The notes under the pieces were generated by a model that was given only the letters and a program-made list of their open reading frames with translations, was not told the origin of the DNA and did not search any database. Shown piece after piece: positions 38,853 through 49,930 of a stretch of 64,000 nt of DNA. A program made the position numbers and the translations under genes. The number at the start of each line of letters is the position of its first letter. Position 1 is the first letter of the stretch. Origin of the DNA: Yuukianura sp. NJ FZ-2021 (lineage: Eukaryota). The DNA lies in the NCBI GenBank assembly GCA_046563655.1, contig CM102285.1, positions 1,116,001 to 1,180,000 on the forward strand, in the 5' to 3' direction.

Positions 38853-40363
38853 CTGTACATTTAACTGTACAGATAGTATTTCTACTTCAACAGTAAACAA
38901 CCAGTTGATTGTTTACTTTTGAAATAGTTAGAAATAGTAGTTCAAACAGCACGTTTCTGTGAAAATTAATGTTTTTGACGTAGGTTGATGAGACATAATA
39001 GAAAGTATTTATAGAGAAATGCGGGAGTTGCGTGGATATTTTAGTCCTGTGAAAGTGTCAATGTCAGAAAAAGAGTCAAGGGGAAGATCACGTGTTGGAC
39101 AAGCAAAAAGTAATGAGGAAAGACATCAAAAACTTTCATTTAGTTTCTCATCCACTCTCTGCAACATGCACTTCCACCTCTTCTAAATTCTAAAATCCTA
39201 AATAAGAAGAGACAGCCAATTCAAAGTCATAAAATTCAAACTACGCCGCCAAAACTCATAAAAATCCACCAAAATCTTCTCTGTCCAAAACAACCATTTG
39301 ATTCAACTTTCCCAAATGTACATAAAGGTATTCTCACATAAATCTATTCAATTGAAGGGAAGCGTGCTCAGGACACAAACAATTCTTATGTAGTAAACAC
39401 TTTTAGTTCCAGCGCATGGAATTTTATTGCCCAAAAATTTCTGATTTCAATCTAAAAACTGTTCTGATGAGCGTCCAGAAAAATTTTGAGTCTTTGACAA
39501 CAGCCGCTCAAATCTTCCGCTCACGCTTTCCGCTGGCAATTGAACGCAACCAAAAACTAAAAAGTAAAAAACTAAAGTGTTTACCTATTACTATTCTTAG
39601 ACATCCGCTATCTGCGAATCTAAAAAAAATTTTGGATGAAATTTTTTTTTCAACTGCGAAATCCTAATCACTCTCGCCAATTTTTTTTTGTCCAAAGTTC
39701 TCGACGCTTGTCACTCTCTCGTGGTGTCTAAATCTTGATCTCAAACTGAGATTTCAAGGAGTGAAGTGGAGAACAAATGATCAGAAATCTAATCTTCCAT
39801 TATGTGAGACATGAATTCCCGTAAACAAATGGAATCCTTGACGAGTCTTAACAAATGGCGGGTGTTGCTAGGTGGGCACTTTGTTTCTGTCATAAATTGC
39901 ACCTCTTCCAATTTCCTGTCGTCGTAAATTAGCACATTCTAATCCCATTGTTTTCCGAATTCCGTAGTTGGTAGATAAAGATGAGATTCTGGTGGTAAAT
40001 GTAGTGGAAAAGCGACCTACGCCTGGCAAGAGGAGTTGAGCATCTCCCGAATCCCTGGGCTGTCCAATCCCACTAACTTTCTCTTTGGTTTGAAAAGTGT
40101 AACCCAAGGCGACACGGCCGCCTCTGAGTGAAGACACCGTGGAATGCGCAATGTTCTGGTGTGGCGACGGAACCAAAAAAAGAACAGAGATCAGAGCCCA
40201 AATCAGATTCAGATCAGTTTCCAAACCACTATAAAAGTCACGGCGTCCAAATATTTCCAAGCACAGTCTCCAGAAAGTAGCCAACACTGCATAACACAAC
40301 GAAACAAAAACTCAATTTTAAACAATTCAAAACTTTAAATTAAAAGAAAAAAACTCGGACAAA

Positions 40364-41739
40364 ATGGTAAAGTTTCAAAAATTTTCTCATACGTTTCATT
40401 TCATTGCTCTGAAAAATCTCAAACTTAAGTTCTGCAACTCAACAATTTGTCCAATTTTTTTCGAAGATTAACCAAAAACGAAGGGAAATTTTTGAGAAGT
40501 TTGATAATTTTCTTTTTAATTTTTGATAAAAAGTTTTTATTTAATCTTGCTCACGGAAAGTCAAAACTTTTTTTTTTGTAAAAAAACTTGTGAAAAATGT
40601 GAAAATACTTACATTTTTTGCATTTTTGGATTAGTTTTCGTCACAAGAGAGCGTTGACGACGGACGCCAGATCACTTTGTTCCCAACACGACTGCGTGAA
40701 TTTGAAGAAAAGAACAACCTAGTTTTCCACCACTACCTCAGCGCCAAAAATTCTCTGCGACGCAACTCAGACGCTCCCTGCTTCGGTGACCAGTATGTCC
40801 GCAGGATGTCCATGCAAGAAGACCTCCTCGACGGAGATGACCAAGTCTTTAACGGTAAAACACAGCAATTCATTACGTTTCATACATTATTTCACATTTA
40901 CATATTTATTTATGTATTACCCGAGTAGCCATGCGGAAGATCTTCCGTCGTTCATCCATTGTGGATCCGAATGTCCAGAAAGTGCGGAAGGAAGTTCTGG
41001 AAACGCGTTTGATCCCAATCATTTTTGCCAAGCTGGGCCAAGAGTACGACACTGAAGAGCTACGCAAATGGATCAAAGGACAAGACAGAAATGGTGAGTT
41101 ATTTTTATTCTTTATATAATATATAATATAAATAACCTAACCTAATGCATAATACACAATATATTTAATTCCAAATACTCCAAATATTAGAATTAACCAT
41201 AGAGTTGTCAAGGGGATTGTTGTTTTTTCTTTGGTTAGAAAGATAAAACGGAAAATCCCCTTGACAACTCTATGGAATTTACATCATATAATTTATATTT
41301 CAAATATAAATTTACATATAATAACTAAATTTATATGTGCTGACATTATGAACTATGTGGTAAATGAGAAGAGTGGCAGATAGTATTTGTAACCTTGCCC
41401 TCTGTCACTCTTCTCCTAGACGGAGTGTGCTAATTGGGCACTCTTCCAACAAACATTATTCAAAACCTTTTTAAAATTTTCAAAAACCTCAACCGTTTTT
41501 CATATCTTACAAATTGGTTTTTGATTTTTATAGGCACTGGAGTCGTAGATTTTGATGGCTACCAGCGGATCTGCGTTCACTTTGTCAAGGACCCAGAAGC
41601 CATTGAGCGAGCAAAGACACAAGAGTTTTCATTTGAGAATCTCGTCAGCCGATCTGAGTCTGACGATGACATTTCTGAGGGCGATTCGGAAGAATGTTCA
41701 GAAGACAGTCAGCGCAGTGAGGAGTCACGGGAGGACTGA
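40364..41739 (+). CDS. Truncated troponin C-derived protein, copy 3 (exons 40364-40366, 40635-40854, 40929-41093, 41534-41739)
   Basis: Paralogue with an intact frame; EF loop DRNGTGVVDFDG. Confidence 0.8.
41198..41274. mobile_element. 77-bp mini-MITE in intron 3 of copy 3
   Basis: TIR catagagttgtcaaggggatt / aatccccttgacaactctatg, flanks gaattaac/gaatttac; absent from the matching introns of copies 1 and 2. Confidence 0.82.
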
Positions 41740-42498
41740 ATTCAAAATTCAAAATTTTAAAATTTTCCCGATATCTCACTTTTGTACCTTTTAGGGAAAG
41801 TTGTACAACCTTCCACTTTCCCTTTTTACCCAAATGTCACCTTGTACCTTCTACATATTTATCACTTTAGTTGTAATCTAGACTTGAAATAAAATTAAAA
41901 GTCTTCTTTAAACCAGTTTCTAAGCGTTATTTCAAACTTGAATTTAAAAACGAAAATTTCAAAGAATAAATGGAGAAAGTCTAGAACTATGAAATTATGA
42001 GATTCCAGAATTCTCCTGTCAAATCGTTTGGTGTTCAGTAAGCATTTCAGCTCAACAAATCATCTGCGTATAAGATTACTTTGAGAATATTTAAGCTAAC
42101 CAAATAAGAAGTTTTTACAGGGTGATCAACATAATAACTAAACGCTCATGCAAAAAACAAAAACTAAATAACGTCAAACTGATCCTAAACATAACTCCAA
42201 AATCAGATGCAACAAAACCTCCTGAAATACAATTAGACGCCACAACAGAAGCATTTCGGGAGGTTTGTTTCAAGATATTTTAAAAATTTAAACATTTTTA
42301 AAGTTACAGGGGAAGGAATTTGGAGTACAATGCCAAAATTGAGTCAATTTGTAATGGCTGCCTCATTTTGGCAATGACTTCCCAACGACCTAGCAACGGC
42401 AGTTGCTACACGCAACCAAGTTGCTGATTTCAGCAATCTCATTGCTGGCCGATGAATTCCCCACATGCTGTGCTAAACGGCTGTAAAAATACTACATA

Positions 42499-42710
42499 AA
42501 GCGTTGTTCAGCGAAAAGTGAACACCCCAAAATCGTTTTGTTTTAAAGCGATTTATGGGGGGAGATTGAGACCAAAAAATGAAATAAGTTTAAAAGAATT
42601 TATATTGCACAGTATTTTTTTGAATTTGGTATTCATCACCCCCCTACAATTTTGAAAATAAACAAAATTTTCAGTTTGTTGGTGTGTCTACTTTTCGCTG
42701 AACAATACGG
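42499..42710. mobile_element. Tc1/mariner-type MITE family B, degenerate inverted copy
   Basis: tgttcagcgaaaagt ... acttttcgctgaaca; the interior is the reverse complement of the interior of 38372-38597. Confidence 0.72.
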
Positions 42711-42803
42711 AAAGAAGCCGTCTATTCAAGTCTTAAGTGTGTTGACCTCAGTTGATTAAATATCTGATGATCACCCTAAAGCAGCACTTTATGGTTCCAT
42801 TTT

Positions 42804-43630
42804 TTAACTTAAAATGTGAATAAGCTTCAGAACTTCCAGTAACTTTTGTTGGCAGAGATGACCGACATGAGACGGCCTGTTCCCCATTCTACTTTCGACC
42901 TTAACCTTGACATGCTTCTCTGCTGCCATGTCGGATCCAATTGATTGTTTTAAAAACTGCATTTTAGAATGTTGGAACTTGACTTGACGCGCATTTTCGT
43001 GATACAAATAGAAGGAAGAGTAGAGCAGATGCGGATATACGCCCTTGAGGCTCATCAAAGGATTCCTTTCACTCTCATCCATCCAAACACACGATGACAT
43101 TCTAACGGAGTAATCCTTTGATTTATACGAATCTTGACTCTTGCCCAACTCCATTTCAAATGGAATTTCTGTTTGTTCAAAATCGTTTCGCGGTTCAAGG
43201 GTGAGCGGGCAGAAAATTTGAGCAGAAATAACCGTTTTCAGCCAATCCTCGGCATCTGGTCGATTTGTTTTCTGCAAATTAAAAAAAAAAGAAATATTTT
43301 TAGCATCTTCTCAATTTATTCAGGTGACACTCCAACATTAACTCAAATTTTTCTCTCCACCACATTCACTTTTCATGTAATTTCACTTTCAACATCAGCG
43401 TTTCAGCGTTGTCGAGTGGGGAGATGATAAATGATTTTCTAAAACCTAAAACTCGCACATGCATTTTTCGCATGCCAAAAGTGCTACCTTTAATTGTGCG
43501 AATCGGAACACATTCGACTCCTTCCATTTGTTTCTCAAGTTGACATTGGAAATACAAGCTTCCCACACGTCCAGCACACTCTCTCAACTTCCAGTTGAGT
43601 AAGGACAGAATTAGAAACTTAAAAATAGCA
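42804..43630 (-). CDS. Uncharacterised multi-exon gene or pseudogene; structure unresolved
   Basis: A 157-codon ORF behind a polypyrimidine-CAG acceptor plus an upstream ~85-codon open frame. I could not join them in phase and recognise no domain. Confidence 0.35.
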
Positions 43631-44127
43631 CTAAAAAAAATAAAAGTTCAGGAATAGAACTCAGAGATCTTGTCGGTTTGGGTGGAGTTGGACTCCGCGG
43701 AGCCACTTGACACAATTGGAAACGAATCAAACAGTAATTCATTTCCATCAATTTATGGCCACACAATCCTACATAAAAATCTACTTTTCCTACAATTTAA
43801 AAACTGCTTTTTCCTACTTACGGCTACTTGGATATTCAATTTATTTTGGCTGTTGACCCAATTACACAGGCGACAGACTTCCATGCCTTTCAATACAAAA
43901 ACAAAAAATCCAACCATAACTCCATCACTTTCCTACTCAATCCAATTTGTTGTCACTCCATAAAAGAAAGTGTCGAAAATTTATCTAAATTTGTCACTTT
44001 TTCCGTTTTGCAGTAAACACAACTGATAGAAGCAAAAACTTACTTTTTTTTTTGCTTGGAAGAACTTGATGGAACTACTGCGCAGCATGAATTTGGTAGC
44101 TACTGCGCAGCAGCTTCAATTGGTTGG

Positions 44128-45656
44128 CTACTGCGCAGGTACAATTTCCATTTGGAGTGTTCCGTATCTGCTTTTGCGCTGAGCTCCAATGACATTGGCG
44201 TAGATTTGTCCATCTATGAATTCCACTGCAAATTGGGCCAGTCTAGCCACCGACTCTTCGTCAGGAAAAGCATCTACCAGTTTCTTGGCGCAGACTTTGA
44301 TGTCCTTGATGATACTGCGCAGTCGCCTTGTCTCGAGATCAACAGCATCCTGGAGTGACATTCCCTGCTCGACCACTCTTCTGAGAACCACCGTAGCATC
44401 GGTATCTCCCGTGACAATATCTTTGTTCACTCCCAGAATGTCGTTGATGAGTCCTCCGAAGATCCGCATATTTTCAGACAGGATTCTGAACAACAAAGAC
44501 TGACGGACGTGACTTGGCAACGTCGCTTCTGCCACCACGGCTCCAAGTTCTGCAAAAACGCCGAGCCCTGCATCGTAACCACGAATGACCCGCTTGGCCT
44601 CTTCACTGAATACGTCACCTTCGGTTTCTGAATGGAGAGATTCCAGGTTGAGGAAGACTCCTTCTGCTGAAATGAAGAGTGACCTCATAATGGGGCTCAC
44701 ATCCGCAGCGGGAATTACTTTTTGAATTTTCCTCATGGCAGCCACGAACACTTCGTAGCAAGTGTCCCACCCAGGTACAAGTGCAGTCAACTCCTTCACT
44801 CTTTCAAGCTCTCCCGCAAAAACTTTCTCCCAAACATTGTAGTTTTTGTACAGAAAACTCGTGGTAACCTTGACAAAAAAAAATTCAGAAATTACGAGAA
44901 AACTCAATCGGGGAGCAGCCTGTTTTTTTTTTCATGAGTCCAAATTGAAAAAAAAAATGTTTCTCACAGTGCCCCAGTTTGTGTGCACCCCTCGAACATT
45001 CCCTCCTACAATTTCCCGGGCCGGGTAGAGTTGCTTTGAAAGTCAATGCTTTTTCATACCGCCTATCATTATTGAGGCGACTGGGGAAATGTGAAAACGT
45101 AATTGTCAATTTGGACCGAGAACTTTTAAACTTTTGTTTTGGGCTTACTTGGAATGGAAACTCGTCCATGTTGTCAAAGAGATCGTCACTGAAGTAGGCA
45201 CTGTCGATCATGTCCAACACAACTTCAAAGAGGGGGCTATCTGTAGGGACACGAGGAAAGCACAGGGCAGCGACAATGTTGATTGTGCGACACCAATGTC
45301 GCAATTGCTCTTCGTCCCACTCCTCATGCAGTCGCCCACACCGCTTCACCGTATTCTCCAAAATCACATTCTGCTCTTCTTCACTCAGTCCAAAGTATGT
45401 CGACACTGGAAATGACCTAAACATATAACAAACAATTGAAGATTCAGTTTTCAAAAAACAAAATTTCAAAGTTTTGAAAAAACTTTGAGAAATGATACCC
45501 CATGGGGAGCAGGAAGTGAAGGTGGCCTTTGAGCTCTTGAGCTTGTCCATAGATTGGATGGTCGATTGGTCCGAAGTTAAAGTTGAGCTGGAGTGGCGTC
45601 CCTTCAGCGACGCTGTCCAAACAGCCAAGCTCCGCGTAAAGTGGTAAAGTGCTCAT
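44128..45656 (-). CDS. Microbial-type class I terpene synthase (proposed exons 45656-45499, 45416-45149, 45033-44968, 44868-44128; ~410 aa)
   Basis: DDLFD (DDxxD), IRGYDAG (effector Arg), NDILGVNKD (NSE/DTE variant) and C-terminal RY occur in the expected order and spacing. Exon phases are consistent if the AAG acceptor at 45034 is used. Confidence 0.85.
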
Positions 45657-46386
45657 TTCGATTTGAAGTTGTAGCAAGTATTTCTAGAGTGTGCGGATCC
45701 AGCGGATGAGTGATGCTGCTTCTGCAGTGGCGTATTAAATACTGCACAAGCATCATTTGAATACTTGAGAATTGCATAACAACGTCAATGTAGATGGAAT
45801 TGAAGGTCGTTTGGAGGGAATCCCAGTCGCACCCAACGCAATTTAGCAGGTTGAGAAAAAGTTCTTCTAAAAAACTGGACCTACGAGAAACAAGGAAGAA
45901 CAAGTCAGAATTAAAGTCAAAGTCAAACGTAAAACTCAAAAACCAAAACAAGTTCCCACTGGGCTTCCCTGTTCCTTGCTCTCAAGGAAATTCTTGAACT
46001 AAAATCTTTGCGTTAAGCAGCACAAATCTTAGCAAAAAAAAAATCACCTCTTATTGTCGTCAATTTTCTCCCACCTGAATGAATTGATTACCAAATTAAA
46101 ATTAATAGCTAAAGAATTTCAATTTTTCTCTAAATCTAAAAACTGTAATGTCCCAAAAACTGATGCTATTTCCCCACTTTTAAAAACAAAGCAAAAAATG
46201 GTAGAGAAACCCGACCTGCGCGAGTTACACAAAAAATCGATAAGTTGTTAATACCTCACCCCTGCTTTCTCTGACTTTCACTTCCAGTCCAAAACTTGAG
46301 AAAGCATTGAAAAGACGGAGTTAAAGGCGGCCTTCACTTGACCTTCGCTTGACCTTTCGGAATCACTGGCACACTGATCGGTTGAA

Positions 46387-49300
46387 ATGACTGAGCGATT
46401 CATAGAATTGATTAAAGATGACTCCAATACTTTCGGATTCAACATCAAGGGAGGAATTGACCTAGGTACAAAACAACAAAACTAAATTAAAACTTAGTAC
46501 ACAATTAGTTAATTATTGTAACTAGTTAATCTAATTAACTGATTAATTTGTAAAATCAAAGGATGTCCCGTCTACATATGGCGAGTGGAGCCGGACAGTT
46601 TGGCCGACAACGCCGGAATTCTCAGCGGAGACGAAATCCTGAGCGCCAATGACGTTGACTTTACTCAAATCACTCACACAGAGGCTCTCAAAGCAAGTGA
46701 TTTCAATTGACACAAACGATTAATCATGAATTCACTCAGTTAATAGTGCCTAATGTGTTATGCGTAGGTGTTAAAAAGCACTTCTACGTTGAATCTCTTC
46801 CTGCGAACGTCCCACTTGCCCACAAATGCCAACACTAGCTACTACTCCTGGGCAGACAGTTACAGTGGAGAACCTACCCAACCTCCCTCTGACCTTGAAC
46901 TCCTCAGGGCTCCACGCAGACTCGTTGACCTCACGATCGAATCCGGTCAGAACCTTGGTCTCATGATTCGCGGTGGAGCTGAGTATGGCCTTGGGATCTA
47001 CATCACCGGGGTGGACAGGAACTCCGTGGCGGAGAGAATGGGGCTCAAGGTCAGTTGATTCCAAATGCTGGCAGTACCTCCAGTATCTATAAACAAAACG
47101 ATAAGTTAACGTTTAACTAATGATAAGTTTTTGGAAATGACAGAGAGGGGATGAAATTCTGCAAGTGAATACCAAGTCATTTACGAATTTGGCACATGAC
47201 GCAGCAGTGAACATTCTCAAGTCAAGTCGAAAGATGATTTTGACGGTGGCTTACATCGGGAAGATTCCAATTGATTTAAAGGACTTTGACAAGTCAACTT
47301 CATCTGTGCTGGGGATGATTGAGGAGAAGGCTAGGACAGTACTGAACAAATCGGAGCACTCGCGGTTTACTTTCTACCGACTGGAATACTCCAATGGATT
47401 CCTGGGACTCAACACCTTTGTCCGAATCCTCCTTGAGCTACTAAATACAGAAGAGAAGGTAAGTTAATTAATTGATTAATTCAGTTAAACTTAATTACTT
47501 ACAAGTTCCGATCGGGCAAGGCATGAAGTTTTTGTTTTGTTAAAGTACACGTTGCTGACTGAGGTTCGTGAAGTGATTCGTGAGGAAGATCTTCAGTTGT
47601 TTGACGAGTTGATTTACAACAAGGAAAGCGCGAAGGGAGTTTGTGCCATTGGTACTGGAACTCCTGATATCAATCTCCAAAACATTCCAGGTCTCCAGCG
47701 AGACACGGATCTCCTGGAGCGAGACGATCAGCTTCCGCTTCCAGCTCAACAGGAAATTAATGTAAGATTCCTTAACACACAAGAACCCCATTTGAAACAA
47801 CTCACATCTAATACGACCACTTAAACCTTAACGACTACTTATAACAGAATGGAGACTTGATTTACCTTCGTGAATTCCAGCACCAAGATGGAGGCAGTGC
47901 GTTTTTACGTGGAAGTTCGACGGGTGGAGCGGAGCAGCAGCAGAGGTATAATGTTTAAACACTATTGAAAGAGATCCAGTTATTCTTATTAAAGATTAAG
48001 ATGATTTTTGTTTTCGATGATTGATAATTTATTCCAATTATTGCAGAATGCCACCGATCACAGCAGAGAGAGACGGAGTATCTAAAAAGGAATTTGTGGT
48101 AAGTAATCCTTCAGTAGAAAGTGTGACATATGACTGTAAACTGGACAGTACCTTACTTAATTACATTGATTATGATAGTTATATGGGTTATGAATTGATG
48201 AGTAGATTAGTAGTCAATAGGTGGTTCTTCGTAAGGAAACGAATTCGAGGCAGTGACTGAACGAACGGGCAGTTGAGAGTTCTGGCGGCCATCTTTACAA
48301 ACAGCATCGTTTCTGCAATCCGAATGAAAACATATTAAAAACCTAAACGAAAAGCGAAGAAATAGCTTAGCATTTGAGAAATATCTCACAAGTTACAGTG
48401 GACGAGAGCAGCTGTGGCATCCTTCAGTTGGACTGTGACTGATGACGAAGGGCCAGTTGACGACAGTTTGGGACGAGGAATCTTAACTGGTGCATTCTCA
48501 TCCGTTCGTTCCATGCTGGACAGTATATTGGACGTTTCGTTGGTAGTTGACGCTTAAAGTGGTTCACACTTGATGATTAGTAGAGGTAGACGTGACCTTT
48601 GACACTAGATAAGCGAATTTCTCGAGGTCAATTGAAGGGAGAGGCAGAGTGTAGTATGCCCTTTGTTCTTTGTCTGGGACAGAATGGCGGGAGGGAAATA
48701 GACGCTTCAATCTTTTAGCGCGAAATTCAAAAGCAGCTTTTCGTTATTCAATTAAAAAAAATACTGAAGTTTGAGTAACAGATACTCATCACTCAGCTGA
48801 TCGAGCGAATCATACGGAGTTGGGCACCTGAAATTTTCCTGAATTAATTAATTCTAAGTAATTAATTAATTGTAGTAACTACTAATTAACGAATTGTAAC
48901 TAGTTAATTAATTGCTAACAGTATTAACCGAAACACATTAATAGTTTAATTGCGATAGAAGTTTAGTACGGATCATTGGCAACTTTTAGATTAAAGTATT
49001 ACCTGCTTGAAGCTTGATCAATTTGAAAGATAATCGATTGATTTCAATCGTTGGCTTGCTAACTTGATAATCAGACCAATTAGATTCGTCATAAGTTAAG
49101 GCTGACATTAACAATGCATCTTGATTCTTTTGTGTAGCCAACAGGTCAAGGGTCAGGTGGCAACTCTACTCCCGCAATTCGGTATCGCGTTCGCATCCAG
49201 AAGACGAAGCCAACTCTCGGGATAACGATTGAAGGTGGATCCAACACTTCTCATCGACTTCCGCGTATTATCAACATTCACGTAAGTTTTGTTAAAGTAA

Positions 49301-49545
49301 TTAAAAAGAAGACTGACCTACGACGTGATTGTTAATTTTAGCCAACTGGAAGTGGATATGAGAATGCAAATCTGAAACCAGGAGTGGTCATCGTGTCAGT
49401 CGATGGAGCCAAAGTGGACGGACTGTCTCATGAAGAAGTGGCCAAACTCATCAAGGACTCTTACGAAGGTGTCAAGAAGCACATTGACCTTATCGTAGTA
49501 GAGAACAGGAGCAACTGCATTGTACTTGGAGGAATTGGCGAATAA
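46387..49545 (+). CDS. Whirlin/dyschronic/PDZD7-like scaffold (PDZ-PDZ-HHD-PDZ), multi-exon
   Basis: FGFNIKGG (PDZ1), LGLMIRGGAEYGLGIYITGVD (PDZ2), EEKARTVL..ELLNTEEKYTLLTEVR (harmonin-homology domain), LGITIEGGSNTSHRLPRIINIH (PDZ3). Middle exons are not fully resolved. Confidence 0.85.
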
Positions 49546-49930
49546 TCACTGAATATTCGCCAATTCCTCCAGGCTCCAAGTAATACTAAATATCCGCATT
49601 GGCACTGACTATTTGTCGGGGCCAAAGTGGATATTTCCATGATGATGTACCTCATCCATGATCTCAGAGTTTAATAGAGTTATAAAAGCCATTTTACTTT
49701 AAATATTTAGTAATTGACCCTTCACCATCTAAATATACTTTAGGATAAAGTTTATCCGATAAACTATCTATAATGTTAAAAAGAGAATCCTCATGATAGG
49801 ATAGTGGAATTCATGCTGTTTAGGGTACCTAACTTGACCTGACCTTAGAAAGGGAGAATAGGAGTAAGGATACTTCCTCACCCGATTTCCTGGAATTCTA
49901 ATTTTGTGCTAAAGAATATAAACAGGATGA

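Larger units (their letters stand above)
25810..42380 (+). repeat. Tandem segmental triplication (units ~25810-33490, ~33490-37715, ~37715-42380)
   Basis: Shared non-coding blocks (gtcaatgtcagaaa..gagtcaagggga near 27090, 34045 and 39055; gcctgccaaggggagttgagcatct near 31420, 35625 and 40020), with one gene copy per unit. Confidence 0.88.

Noticed and set aside
27049-39015. gtatttatag as a MEF2 muscle enhancer site in each duplication unit
   Set aside because: It has one mismatch to YTAWWWWTAR and is expected by chance in AT-rich duplicated DNA.
44885-45628. 247-aa ORF as a stand-alone protein
   Set aside because: It reads through introns of the terpene synthase; only its central part is coding in that frame.
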